IMG/VR virus record: IMGVR_UViG_3300020186_000001
Coordinates: 32,001-96,000 of that record
Direction: 5' to 3' (one strand)
Length of the DNA stretch: 64,000 nucleotides
Source of the DNA: a virus
The notes under the pieces were generated by a model. It searched no databases. It worked only from the letters and a program-made list of their open reading frames with translations, and was not told the DNA's origin. Position numbers and translations under genes: made by a program. This document shows positions 10,860-21,367 of the stretch, in pieces. Position 1 is the first letter of the stretch. Every line of letters starts with the position of its first letter.

Positions 10860-13082
10860 TTGCAAAGAAAACAAAGATTTGTCGCGGATCAGCGGTTAGA
10901 TCTACCCCACTTTGAATCAATGCAGGGGTATGTCGATGCTGAATTCAATTCGTATAACAAGGCGTTCCTCGCACCATCCAATTATATTGTTAAAAATTGG
11001 CAGGTGGTTGGCACAGGTGGCTTGAACATCAAAGTCGATCAATCGGTCGATTCAACTTTATTCAGCTCACTTAGGACGGGTAAAGAGAGCTTCATTTACC
11101 GCAAAGGTGCTGAAGCTGCCATCACTCTGGGCCTCACAGATAATGCGACAAACTATGTCGAATTAAAAATGACCACTGTGACGTGTGCTCAAGACACTGT
11201 TGCTGTTTGGGATTCCACTGCGAATGGTGGATTGGGAGAAGAGTTCTCACAGCTCTCTGATACTGCCACAGAAGAAGAGCCGTCTCTTGTTGCGAATACT
11301 ACGGCCTTCACAGGCAATACTGACAGGATTCCACTTGCTGTTGTCGTCACTCTCGGTGGCATTATCGTTAGCATCACAGATTCAAGAAGTCTCCTTTTTC
11401 ACAAGGCGACTGATTGGAACTTCGGAGTCACAAGAACTGATAAGACTATCTCTAATTTTAAAGAATCTTATGACGCTCTAACAACAGCTATAAAAGAAAT
11501 AAAAGGCACTTCAAACTGGTATGATATCCCTTATTCTGGAAATAAGGTTCTTAAAGAGTATCAGAATATGTTTATCACCGGTGGCGGTGCCATCGAGTGG
11601 GAAGGAAGTCAGCCAGCTTCAACTCTTGGTTGGAGTTCTGTCTTTCAAATTGAGATCGCAGATCGAGTCGATACATACACGATCAATGCTGGTTCTGTTC
11701 TACTTGCAGACGGCCAGGCAATGTATGTGGTCATCCCAGAAGGCACGCCTCCTGGAGCTTTGACGCCAATTGTTGCAAGCCTTGCGAGTGTCCCGATTGA
11801 TCCGTTCTCGGCAGGATACTCTGCCGGAATTCAGGTTCTCTTCTTTAGAAGAGGCAGCACTGTCATGGGATGGGTGGATATCCCAGACCTAAATCCTGGA
11901 GAGAGTGCGAGCATCGGTCAAGACCTCCCAAGCAAGCATCGTCAGCGTTTAGGGATTATCGACGAAAACAACTTTGTTGCTTATACTTCAACCACGAACA
12001 TCCTTCCCGTAGACTCGCACCCAGTTTCGATATCGAAACTGGACGCAGCTCTAGCGGTTGTTCAAGATCTTGCAAACACCAGTGAATCATCCATTGTGGC
12101 TCTCTTCGCAGCAGTCAATTCGATATTGACTAGCGATCCGATAGAAGAGCACTTCCTTGTCACTAACCCAGTCGGTCAAACCATCTTCAATGCTGCGGTC
12201 TTGAAATGGAACGTCGATGTGAATTCTGTGGACATCGAAGTATTCATGAACGGTCAGAAGGTTCTTCAAGACCAGGCTGGCGGATCCACATTCGCATTCA
12301 AGAAGAACTCTGAAACACAGATTGTATTCTCAGATACGGTTCCAGAGAACGCTCGCATCACGATTCGCAATACGCTGAGCTATCTCTATAAAACATACTT
12401 TGTGAACTATCTTTCAAACAGTTCAGGTCAAACTCAGTCGGTAGGCCAGACATTTGCTGCTGGGACAGAGCGTCTCGGTGTTTATAGAAACGGCATATAC
12501 TTGATGAAGACTTTGAGTCTTGGATCTCCTATTGACCGCTTTGTCGAGCAATCAAGTATCGCTGTAGAACTTGGTGTGACGGCTGATGCACTGACAGGTT
12601 TCGCGTTCGTCCATCAAGCCAAGGCTCCTGTATTCAAGCAATCTCAAACAGGTGTGACTGGTGCTGTGTTGACGGTCCCATCTCACACGGTCACAAGCGA
12701 CGCATTAAGAATCTATCGCAATGGTCTTATGATGAATAAGTCTGGATTTGGTGGCATTTCTGAGCAGTACGCAGACACATCTGCTACGTCAATTACTTTG
12801 GTTGATCCAGCAATAATCAGTGATTATTTTATATTTGAATACATGGATGCTGCTCCAACTTGGAGACAAGATATCACCGGAGTTGTTGGTGTCACGGTGA
12901 CATTTTCTTCCGTGTATGTTCTTGGGAATAAAAAGTTGCTAGTATGGAGGAACGGAATTCTCCTCTTCAACTCAGCAACTATTGGTTTGCCAGGCGACAG
13001 ATACCAGGAAGCTACGACTTTGACGATAACGCTCGGAGTCGCTGCTGCCTCTGGGGATACATTCACAGCGATCTATCAATAG
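10860..13082 (+). CDS. Tail fibre / baseplate-attached structural protein
   Basis: TTG start after GAGGTG RBS; C-terminal repeated (V/I)YRNG...Y.E domains. Confidence 0.7.
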   Translation: MQRKQRFVADQRLDLPHFESMQGYVDAEFNSYNKAFLAPSNYIVKNWQVVGTGGLNIKVDQSVDSTLFSSLRTGKESFIYRKGAEAAITLGLTDNATNYVELKMTTVTCAQDTVAVWDSTANGGLGEEFSQLSDTATEEEPSLVANTTAFTGNTDRIPLAVVVTLGGIIVSITDSRSLLFHKATDWNFGVTRTDKTISNFKESYDALTTAIKEIKGTSNWYDIPYSGNKVLKEYQNMFITGGGAIEWEGSQPASTLGWSSVFQIEIADRVDTYTINAGSVLLADGQAMYVVIPEGTPPGALTPIVASLASVPIDPFSAGYSAGIQVLFFRRGSTVMGWVDIPDLNPGESASIGQDLPSKHRQRLGIIDENNFVAYTSTTNILPVDSHPVSISKLDAALAVVQDLANTSESSIVALFAAVNSILTSDPIEEHFLVTNPVGQTIFNAAVLKWNVDVNSVDIEVFMNGQKVLQDQAGGSTFAFKKNSETQIVFSDTVPENARITIRNTLSYLYKTYFVNYLSNSSGQTQSVGQTFAAGTERLGVYRNGIYLMKTLSLGSPIDRFVEQSSIAVELGVTADALTGFAFVHQAKAPVFKQSQTGVTGAVLTVPSHTVTSDALRIYRNGLMMNKSGFGGISEQYADTSATSITLVDPAIISDYFIFEYMDAAPTWRQDITGVVGVTVTFSSVYVLGNKKLLVWRNGILLFNSATIGLPGDRYQEATTLTITLGVAAASGDTFTAIYQ

Positions 13083-13093
13083 GGAGTTTTGGG

Positions 13094-14203
13094 ATGCCAA
13101 TTCAATCAAATCAAATTTCAGATAAACCGATTGTCCAAGGTGCGGTAGCTGTTGCACCAATTACTGGAGCTGGCAAAGGTGCCTTCTACCCAAAAGACAT
13201 TGGTGCAGGCCAAATCGAAGGCTTCTGGGTCGATGAAGCTGGGATTGAGACTCAAATCACCGAGAACGGCTCAGTCAAGGGTGCTGGAGGCGGAGGAGGC
13301 GGATCGGTTAGCGATATTGCTTTCCCTTCTGGCTGGGATGGAGATGCAACGGGTGCTCCTTCTCGCAACGCAGTCTTTGATAAGATTAGTGCGATGGATA
13401 CAGCGATCTCTGGCAAACAAGCTACGCTATCAATACCAACTCAAGCTGAGGCTGAGGCGGGTGTTGCGACCACTGCAAGAGCTTTCACGGCTCAAAGAGT
13501 CGCTCAGGCGATTGCTGCTCTTGCACCTGGTGGTGGTGGTGGATCAGTTAGTGATGTCCCTTTTGCTGGAAGCTGGGATAGCGTAACAACGATTCCTCCT
13601 TCTAAAAATGCTGTTTATGACAAAATCACTGCGATGGACGTAGCGATCTCGTCCAACGCCTCGTCTCTCGCTGGGAAACAAGCCGCACTCTCCACTGTGG
13701 TGCAAGTCGAGGCTGAAGCCGGAGTCGCCACTACTGATAGAATATGGACTGCTCTGAGAGTTAAGCAGGCTATCTTGGCTTTGTCTCCTGGAGGCGGATC
13801 AACAGTTGTCCTCCACAGGCGTGTAACTACTACGAATGCTAACGATGTTCAGATTATTGCCTACGGTGCTTCTGCCGACATTGCGGCGATCACTGTCGTG
13901 AAGAGTTCAAATGGTGTCACACTGTCAACCATCCCTGCGGGGGTCCGACTGATCAGTGTTCAATCTTTTTTTAGTGGTGCCGATGTTGGGGCAAACACAA
14001 GCGTTTCAATAAGTTATCCCGATCCAAACGGAGCAACGACTTTGGCCGAGTCAATTTTGCCAACGATGACCCGATACACCACTGCGTTTAATCCATTTGG
14101 GACACAGGCTGGAACTATCGTGAATAACGCAGGGGTTATCACAGCGACACACTCAGGTGGGGTTGTAGCAAATAACTCTGCGGCATTGAAACTAGTATTC
14201 TAA
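13094..14203 (+). CDS. Fibre-like protein with two ~80 aa repeats
   Basis: Likely start MPIQSNQ after GGGAG; GGGGGSVSD..W....PS.NAV.DKI.AMD...Q.EAEAGVATT twice. Confidence 0.7.
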   Translation: MPIQSNQISDKPIVQGAVAVAPITGAGKGAFYPKDIGAGQIEGFWVDEAGIETQITENGSVKGAGGGGGGSVSDIAFPSGWDGDATGAPSRNAVFDKISAMDTAISGKQATLSIPTQAEAEAGVATTARAFTAQRVAQAIAALAPGGGGGSVSDVPFAGSWDSVTTIPPSKNAVYDKITAMDVAISSNASSLAGKQAALSTVVQVEAEAGVATTDRIWTALRVKQAILALSPGGGSTVVLHRRVTTTNANDVQIIAYGASADIAAITVVKSSNGVTLSTIPAGVRLISVQSFFSGADVGANTSVSISYPDPNGATTLAESILPTMTRYTTAFNPFGTQAGTIVNNAGVITATHSGGVVANNSAALKLVF

Positions 14204-14213
14204 GGATGAACTA

Positions 14214-15062
14214 ATGGCGAATGCAATTTTTAATGCCAAAATAACTCTAACGAGTTCTTCAGCAACAGTGAATGCTGATGAGTTCAATATCGTCGGAGCT
14301 GTCGTTGACAACGAGGGACTCTACAGCGGCATTGATCCTGTAGTTGGAGACATTCTGATACTAGATACGGCAGGCACTGAGCCTGGGACTGTTTCAAAAT
14401 ACAAAATACTTTCTTTCACATCTCAAACATTCGGTGCGATTTCTGCGAAGATTAAATACGATGATATTGGAACTGCCATTGATCCAACCGGAGCGGTCGG
14501 CATTGGTGGAATGATCTGTAGTGCATCTGCGAGTAGCAAGTTTCCTTGGCTTCCAGCGATTGACACACAGGGCTTATCAGTAAAGCTTTTCATATTCGCA
14601 AAAAACATCCTTGAAAGACAAAAGATTGATGGGAATTTAAGCGGAGGCGGAGGTTCATCTAATCAGAAGATTATGATTGGTGGATCAGCCTTAGCTGCTG
14701 GAGTTCCGGTTTCAAAGAATCCAGCAACTGGCAAAGTCATTCTTGCCGACTCAGACGGAGTTGGCACTCAGCAATTTTACGGCGTCACTATGACAACTTG
14801 TGCTGGCGATGGAAGTCCTGTCACAGTCCAACTTCCTGGTGCAAATTTAGCTGGAGTATTGACTGGTCTAGGATTTGCGGTTGGTGATGAGATATTCATG
14901 GGAGAAACTGCTGGCTCGTATGTGAACGGAGCTGGCGTTGATGCTTTTGTCGGAGCAAACGATTCAATCTTTAAACTGGGGATAGCAGACTGTGCAGCGA
15001 GTGCTGCCAGTGCGACTGCTGTTGACTTAATACTTCTTCCAGAAGTAGTAGCGAGACCATGA
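14214..15062 (+). CDS. Putative virion structural protein
   Basis: 282 aa G/A/S-rich, in structural operon. Confidence 0.6.
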   Translation: MANAIFNAKITLTSSSATVNADEFNIVGAVVDNEGLYSGIDPVVGDILILDTAGTEPGTVSKYKILSFTSQTFGAISAKIKYDDIGTAIDPTGAVGIGGMICSASASSKFPWLPAIDTQGLSVKLFIFAKNILERQKIDGNLSGGGGSSNQKIMIGGSALAAGVPVSKNPATGKVILADSDGVGTQQFYGVTMTTCAGDGSPVTVQLPGANLAGVLTGLGFAVGDEIFMGETAGSYVNGAGVDAFVGANDSIFKLGIADCAASAASATAVDLILLPEVVARP

Positions 15063-15289
15063 TGGGCTTTCCAATGAACAACGTCCTAGAGATTCTAAGC
15101 CGAGATGAGGACAATATGACTGTCTTGGTTGAGAACATAAAAGACCCAGAAGTTGCGAGCAAGGTTGAAGCGTTAGTGAATTTGATTCAGGCAAAGCACG
15201 AAAGTTTTTCAAAAGAAGTTAGTTTGGCAGCCGATACGGCTGGTTCGAAAGTCACCGTGAAATCATTCATTGTGATGCAAACAACTTAG
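15059..15289 (+). CDS. Hypothetical protein
   Basis: 76 aa, ATGA overlap with upstream gene. Confidence 0.55.
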   Translation: MMGFPMNNVLEILSRDEDNMTVLVENIKDPEVASKVEALVNLIQAKHESFSKEVSLAADTAGSKVTVKSFIVMQTT

Positions 15290-15305
15290 CGAAAGGGAAT
15301 TAGAC

Positions 15306-16664
15306 ATGGCGAATTTTGACTTATTAGTTATTGGCACAGGCGGTAGAAACGAGCGTAAGCCGTCTTCTGCTCAAACAATTGACTTTACAGGGGTGCGAAT
15401 TGGCGCATCCAATCTAACGATCACAGAATCGTCTGGCAAGTTTGACATGGGCGGAATCATCGTTGGCAACATCGCCGACGGTGCGGCTGCTGGTCAAGCA
15501 CTAAGCTTCAGTCAACGCGGAGCTAACAACGGTGTCGCAAGTTTAGATGGTGGCGGTAAAGTTCCAGTATCTCAGCTTCCATCGGCAGTCATGACCTACG
15601 AAGGTGTGTGGAATGCTACCACCAACTCTCCATCTTTGGCTGACGGTGCTGGCGACGCTGGTATGGTCTACCGTGTCGGTACTGCTGGCTCGCAAAACCT
15701 TGGTTCTGGATCAATCTCTTTTGATGTTGGCGACTATGCAATTTATAACGGCACAGTTTGGGAAAAATCTGACACTACTGACGCAGTAGCTTCTGTAAAC
15801 GGCCAAACAGGTGTCGTTGTTCTAAGCACAACTAACATCGCTGAAGGCACAAACCTCTACTTCACAGACGCCAGAGCTAGAACCGCTGTCATCACTCAGG
15901 TGATCACCAACGGTGTTGCTGATAGATCTCCTTCTGAAGACGCAGTGTTTGACGCTCTTGCTCTTAAAGCGGCCAGCGTCCACACTCACGTTGCTGCCGA
16001 TGTCACTGACTTCACCGCTGCTGCCAAGGCTGCTACTGTAGCTGACGCGATTGCTGATGGCGTTACCGATGTCGCTCCTTCTCAGAATGCAGTGTTTGAT
16101 GCACTGGCACTTAAAGCCGCTTCGTCACACACACACGTTGCTGCTGATGTTACTGACTTTACTGCCGCTGCTAGAGTGGCTGCTGTAGCTGATGCCATTG
16201 TTGATGGCGTTACCAACGTAGCCGCTTCCCAAAACGCAGTGTTTGATGCACTGGCTCTGAAGGCAGACGCTTCTAGCATCTCAGTTCCAACTCTTTCTAA
16301 GACCAATGACAACGGTGGCTCAATCACTGTTCGCCAAGCTGTCTACGTCAAAGCAAACGGCAATGTTGATCTAGCTCTTGCTGACGGATCTGTCGCACTA
16401 GAAGATTTTGCTATCGGTCTAGTGGCTGTCGCTTCGATTGCTACAACTGCTGCTGGCAACATCTTGTTTGCAAAAGGTGATCTAGTTAGCGGATTCTCTG
16501 GTTTGACTCCTGGTAGAAAGTATTATGTTTCCCGTACTTCTGGTGGAGCGATTGCTCTTTACTCTGCCATTTCTTGGGTTGCTGGCGACAAAGTGCAAAT
16601 GGTTGGTCGCGCCTTAAGTGCGACCGTTCTTGAATTTGACCCATCTTTTGAATTCCAATACTAA
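15306..16664 (+). CDS. Fibre/decoration-like protein with 49-aa repeats
   Basis: GANNGVASLDGGGKVPVSQLP and VASVNGQTGVVVL fibre motifs; AVFDALALKA x3 and HTHVAADVTDF x2. Confidence 0.75.
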   Translation: MANFDLLVIGTGGRNERKPSSAQTIDFTGVRIGASNLTITESSGKFDMGGIIVGNIADGAAAGQALSFSQRGANNGVASLDGGGKVPVSQLPSAVMTYEGVWNATTNSPSLADGAGDAGMVYRVGTAGSQNLGSGSISFDVGDYAIYNGTVWEKSDTTDAVASVNGQTGVVVLSTTNIAEGTNLYFTDARARTAVITQVITNGVADRSPSEDAVFDALALKAASVHTHVAADVTDFTAAAKAATVADAIADGVTDVAPSQNAVFDALALKAASSHTHVAADVTDFTAAARVAAVADAIVDGVTNVAASQNAVFDALALKADASSISVPTLSKTNDNGGSITVRQAVYVKANGNVDLALADGSVALEDFAIGLVAVASIATTAAGNILFAKGDLVSGFSGLTPGRKYYVSRTSGGAIALYSAISWVAGDKVQMVGRALSATVLEFDPSFEFQY

Positions 16665-16728
16665 GTTTGAAGCTTGATCCAAAGGGGAGGCATTACGCTC
16701 CCCCTCCATTGAGTTAAAGGAAAAACCT

Positions 16729-17022
16729 GTGGCGTTACGATATTTACAAATTGAAGATACTACGGGGAGGGTGCAACGCGGCCCTGCAAGTGTCTCAGCC
16801 TCATGGACTGATGAGCAGTTCAGTGTTGGCGGTGGCGGTGTAGCCACAGTCTCCCTTGCTTCAACTATCACAGGCATCACCAAGATTGACGTGTATGTGA
16901 ATGGAGTTTTGAGACGCGAGGGTGCCGGAAATACTTGGGTTAGAAATGTAACCCCTGCTAGAATTGATTTCGCTGAAACTATCCCACAAAACGCATGGAT
17001 TCTTGTCAGAGTATGGAGTTAA
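16729..17022 (+). CDS. Small structural protein
   Basis: GTG start after AAGGA; IDVYVNG domain similar to repeats in 10860-13082. Confidence 0.6.
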   Translation: MALRYLQIEDTTGRVQRGPASVSASWTDEQFSVGGGGVATVSLASTITGITKIDVYVNGVLRREGAGNTWVRNVTPARIDFAETIPQNAWILVRVWS

Positions 17023-17025
17023 TAA

Positions 17026-20000
17026 ATGCCTATAGATAAACAGCAGTCTACTCAGATGGTGAACGAGGCACAATTGCCCGTTCTTCGCACAACCGCTCGC
17101 CAAGAGCTTGCGGCTATCTTCGGCCTTCTCAACAGCGAGCTACAGTCTCCTTTGAGGTTGTTCGCAAGTGATCCGTCGGACGCACTTCTCAACATTGCGT
17201 CTAACGCGGTGATTGGAGCCGACGGAGCTAGAAAGACGATCCTGAGTGCAGATGATGCGATAGGGCTGTTTGCAGCCACTACGATTAACTTGCAGACTGC
17301 TGCAATTGTCGGTGGGACTGTCCAAGTTCAAGGAGCGGCCTTCGCTCTACCAACGACAACGATAGGTCAATTTAGAAGATTGGCCTTGGTTTACTCAAAC
17401 TCAACGAACATCGTAAACACGATCTTCTCTGCTGCGGCTGCATCAGTTGCGGCCTTAAGCGATCCAGTCAACCTGTTCACAGCACTTGACGGAACGCCTA
17501 TCGGGTACATTGATCTCGAAGCTACTGCTGCGAACGCTTTTAAAACTGCTGGCTCTGCTACATCTGTTGTAGAGAACTCTGTTGGTGGCACAGCACGCAT
17601 CGTGAAGCCTGCCGCATCGGGTTCTGGCTCTGGAGGAGGCGGAGGCACTGATCTCAAGCTACAAGCGATTGCAGCGAACGTGGGGACTCTGAAGAAGGGG
17701 TTTCTACGCTATGACTCGACTCTAATCGGCCTTGAGGCTGATATCTCATTTAACCTTAAAACTGCGGTTAGCAGTCTTGGGGTTGTTGCTCCATCAGCAT
17801 CGACTTCTTATTACCTGTATCTTGACATGGGAGCGTTGCCAGTATCCTTGACGACTCACGCGAGTGTTGGTTTTCAATATTACGCAGTCTCTTCTGGAAC
17901 GACTGGAATGCTTGTGGTCTTAACTGCCGACGCTTCGACAGTAGACCTTAGTCGCTACATCCCAATCGCCCTTCTTAGAACAGATGGATCCAGTAACTAC
18001 GCACTAAAGGCTGATGCAGCAAGAAAGATTCACAGCGGCCCAAGCGTCAATGTCTCTCCATTAGTCTACGAGGACTCTGATCACTCTATCGGAACTGTTG
18101 GATCTGCTGGTCAACTCGCAACTTATGGTAGTCTGGCGACAACAGATTTCCCAAACACTACGACACTCCACGTTTATGGTGGGAATGAGGCTTCCGGCAC
18201 ATCTCTGAACGACTCTGCATCCTCCCCTATAGCTCTGACTGGGACTGCAACTCCTCTCTTCAACAGAGTTGGGTTCTTTGGAAGAGAGACGATACCTTCT
18301 ACTCTAAACGGATCATCTCAATTCTGGTCTTCTACAAACGCTGAGTTCTCTTATGCAACTGCCTCTGGAGCTACAAGCTTTGGGGGATGGTTCTACAAAG
18401 AGAATTGGGCTGATGCTACAGCTAGGACGCTGATGTCCATTGGAACTGCGGCTGCTACCTGTATCCGCTTAAGTCTTACTACTGGCAATACGGTACGAGT
18501 AGAGTCATTCGCTACTAGCATCACTCCTTCTGCTTCGACTTCGGGAATGGTTGGATGGAATCATATTTCAGTGACTCTCAGCACTACGACTGCAAGATTG
18601 TACATCAATGGACAGTTGATTGGTTCTGCTACGATCACAAGTGGGACAACTGGGAATGGACTATTCGTTGGAGCACTTAACGGTGCATCCGAGTTCTCCA
18701 ATATCTCAATTCAAGATGTCTTCATTCACAAGGGTACAGTCTTAACTGATAGCCAAGTGAACGTCATTGCCTCTAAGAGATACAAAGGCAAACAGATTGC
18801 AGGCGGTCACGTCTTAGCTACAGATAGCTTTCCTCTAAACTCTTTAGCGAGCAAAGTTTCATACTGGAACTTAGCTACTTTGAATGACTCATCTGGAAAT
18901 GGCAAGACTCTTACCAACGTAGGCTCCACGCCATTCACTGGACTAGACATCTTCGGAGTGTCGGGTGTCGCGACTCTTGACGGATCATCTCAAAGGTTTA
19001 CTTCTGCCGACGCACTCTTTAACCCTGGCAATACTCCATTCTCATACGGAGGATGGTTTAGCACTGACAATTGGGCTAGAAGCATTCAGCAGCTCATGGG
19101 AAATAATGGAGCATCTCACACTTGGAGAATTCACACTGACACGACTGGAATTGTATTCACTTGTGGGACAAGTGCTCCTACAGTGGTTCCCAGCATTACT
19201 CCACAAGCTGGATCTTGGAATCACTTAGCTTCGGTGTATGATGGCACTGGCGCATGGTATCTCTACGTGAACGGTGTTCAAGTTGGGACATCCTCTAACA
19301 CCAACACTGCCGCTGCTGGAACCTTTACTCTTGGAGCCAACACTGCTGGTTCTCAGTCATTCTTTGGCAGAATGCAAGATGTCTTCTTTGCCAGCGTAGC
19401 TTTGTCTGGACTAGACATTCTAAAACTTGCATCAGCTCGCATTGATCTTCCTTCCAATGTTGCGGTCAGACTTCAAGATCAAGACTGGAACGGTAATTTC
19501 ATCTCTGAAGACGGTCAAACTGTAAACGAGCTAAGCGATGCGTTCTTAGTTGATAAAGACAACACTAAGATTTGGGCGTACTTCGGTGGAGGCTCTGCAT
19601 CGAGAGTTAACCTTAGACTCTATGATGGTGGCCTTGGTGCGACTACGGTTCCAGTTCGTAAGTTTGACCGAAGCTACACTGCGGCACTGCCTACAACCAT
19701 TGCTCACGGACTTCCATCGCGTCCTACGAGCATCGAGATTCAGCACAATGAGAATGCTGACGGCAGGTATGTAAACTTAAATGCTGAGACATATCTGAAG
19801 TGTGATGACACGAACATCTACACGACAACATCTTCGCTCACGATTGATGCGACAAGAGATGTCAGAATCGTAGCCTCTATCGGTGTACCTGCGATCGGAG
19901 CGGGCGGCGGGGCAACGTCTACCGTGGCGGGTACAGTCACTAGTTTTTCTCCCATTGTTTTGTCTGCAGTGAATACGGTTTCAGCCGCTGGCTACACAAT

Positions 20001-20622
20001 TTTAACTGCCGATGGATATCAAACGATTGCCGTTTCCCTGATGTCAGGGGCCGACCGGACGATCACACTTCCAGCGACGGCGAGCAACGTGGGCCGAAAA
20101 ATCAGCGTCGTGAGAACTGCAACCGACGGAGAGGGTTCGTACAGAGTAATCATTAACGCCGCAGGCGCAGATGTCATTTACGGCGGACACTCCATCACAG
20201 CAACCACGTTAAACTTAGATCGAAGATTTCAATGTACAACGCTAGAGTGCCTTGCGTCAGGCATATGGTCACAAGTGGAAGCGACGGGCACAATCATCTT
20301 GGCAGCAAACTTAGATGGTAATTTTACAGCAGGAGCAATTTACGCCTATCGAATCGGGAACTCGATCACGATACAAATTTCAAGCCCCGCATGGACCGCT
20401 GGATCAACCTCGCGGTCGACCTCAGCAATCGTTTTACCGGCAGGGTTTCGTCCAGGAGTCAGAACAGTTTTTGCCTGCGCAGCTAGAAACGGATCCCACG
20501 GGTATGATGTTACATTTGTCGCTGAGACGACGGGGATTATCACAGTTCAGACAAGCGACGGCGCGGCGTCTAGTATGGACGATTACGCGGGCATATCCGG
20601 GAGTATTCTAATAAGGTTTTAA
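17026..20622 (+). CDS. Large tail fibre/adhesin with two LamG (concanavalin-like) domains
   Basis: SFGGWF...WNHISVT...LYINGQL...QDVF and FSYGGWF...WNHLASVYDG...LYVNGVQV...GRMQDVF; C-terminal YRIGNSITI...LPAGFRP fibre-tip motif. Confidence 0.85.
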   Translation: MPIDKQQSTQMVNEAQLPVLRTTARQELAAIFGLLNSELQSPLRLFASDPSDALLNIASNAVIGADGARKTILSADDAIGLFAATTINLQTAAIVGGTVQVQGAAFALPTTTIGQFRRLALVYSNSTNIVNTIFSAAAASVAALSDPVNLFTALDGTPIGYIDLEATAANAFKTAGSATSVVENSVGGTARIVKPAASGSGSGGGGGTDLKLQAIAANVGTLKKGFLRYDSTLIGLEADISFNLKTAVSSLGVVAPSASTSYYLYLDMGALPVSLTTHASVGFQYYAVSSGTTGMLVVLTADASTVDLSRYIPIALLRTDGSSNYALKADAARKIHSGPSVNVSPLVYEDSDHSIGTVGSAGQLATYGSLATTDFPNTTTLHVYGGNEASGTSLNDSASSPIALTGTATPLFNRVGFFGRETIPSTLNGSSQFWSSTNAEFSYATASGATSFGGWFYKENWADATARTLMSIGTAAATCIRLSLTTGNTVRVESFATSITPSASTSGMVGWNHISVTLSTTTARLYINGQLIGSATITSGTTGNGLFVGALNGASEFSNISIQDVFIHKGTVLTDSQVNVIASKRYKGKQIAGGHVLATDSFPLNSLASKVSYWNLATLNDSSGNGKTLTNVGSTPFTGLDIFGVSGVATLDGSSQRFTSADALFNPGNTPFSYGGWFSTDNWARSIQQLMGNNGASHTWRIHTDTTGIVFTCGTSAPTVVPSITPQAGSWNHLASVYDGTGAWYLYVNGVQVGTSSNTNTAAAGTFTLGANTAGSQSFFGRMQDVFFASVALSGLDILKLASARIDLPSNVAVRLQDQDWNGNFISEDGQTVNELSDAFLVDKDNTKIWAYFGGGSASRVNLRLYDGGLGATTVPVRKFDRSYTAALPTTIAHGLPSRPTSIEIQHNENADGRYVNLNAETYLKCDDTNIYTTTSSLTIDATRDVRIVASIGVPAIGAGGGATSTVAGTVTSFSPIVLSAVNTVSAAGYTILTADGYQTIAVSLMSGADRTITLPATASNVGRKISVVRTATDGEGSYRVIINAAGADVIYGGHSITATTLNLDRRFQCTTLECLASGIWSQVEATGTIILAANLDGNFTAGAIYAYRIGNSITIQISSPAWTAGSTSRSTSAIVLPAGFRPGVRTVFACAARNGSHGYDVTFVAETTGIITVQTSDGAASSMDDYAGISGSILIRF

Positions 20623-20786
20623 ATTTAGCGCGGGGTGTTGGTTCTATCGAGTCCCCAGGCACTTGGAATACAGTGCAGCTATTTGGCCACTCAAGCGGCA
20701 ATACCCTGACGCCAACAGAGCGAACGCTAATTATCAGGGATGTGCGAGAATGAATTCAGAATACGTCTCCGAAGGAGGACCAATAA

Positions 20787-20870
20787 ATGAGTAATCACTG
20801 GGTAATAAATAGTTCAACAAAGGCAATGATTGATCCAGACAACGTAACTTGGACGGAGGTGCCAGCATGA
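20787..20870 (+). pseudogene. 27-codon remnant resembling a tail-fibre assembly chaperone C-terminus
   Basis: GAAGGAGG RBS, MSNHWVINSSTKAMIDPDNVTWTEVPA*, ATGA-coupled to next gene. Confidence 0.4.
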
Positions 20871-21319
20871 ATCCGATAGATACTAAACTAATAAGTCAGA
20901 GTACGGGTATAGTCAAAAGCATCGAATACCTGCACAATTTTAACCAAACTGATGGGTCCAATACTACTGACTTTGATTATGGGCCCCAAGGTGCAAAATT
21001 TGGCACGATGACTGGCCAACAATTCAAGAGAATTTCTTGGAGGTTTCCACTTGGACCAGGCGATGTTTTAGAATTTGAACTTTCTGAGAACACCGGACAA
21101 AATTGGGCTAAAAATGCCGATTTTAGTATGATATGTTCGTGGTCCCTACAAACAACAACTGTTTACGGCTATCAAGTAGCTAACTTTACAGCGACAACTG
21201 CTGATGTTTATTTTGGTTTGTATAGGAACGTAGCCACCGGAGCCTATGGTGCAGCAGGATATGCGTGGACAGGGCTTAGCAGCCATCGCTGGAGAGTAAA
21301 GAAGACCGCTTATTATTGA
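20867..21319 (+). CDS. Fibre-tip-like orphan domain
   Basis: GGAGGT RBS before ATG 20867; 150 aa, aromatic/beta-rich, ends RWRVKKTAYY. Confidence 0.6.
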   Translation: MNPIDTKLISQSTGIVKSIEYLHNFNQTDGSNTTDFDYGPQGAKFGTMTGQQFKRISWRFPLGPGDVLEFELSENTGQNWAKNADFSMICSWSLQTTTVYGYQVANFTATTADVYFGLYRNVATGAYGAAGYAWTGLSSHRWRVKKTAYY

Positions 21320-21367
21320 ATAGTGCCTCAATGTGACTTTTAGCAAATTATGATAAGGGGTATTAAA

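Noticed and set aside
16684-16705. Terminator hairpin GGGGAG...CTCCCC
   Set aside because: No following U tract; may be a stabilising hairpin but is unsupported as a terminator.
20614-20630. Programmed frameshift extending the fibre at GGTTTTAAAT
   Set aside because: The TTTAAAT heptamer is not in the fibre's reading phase for a canonical -1 slip, and the downstream frames are short.
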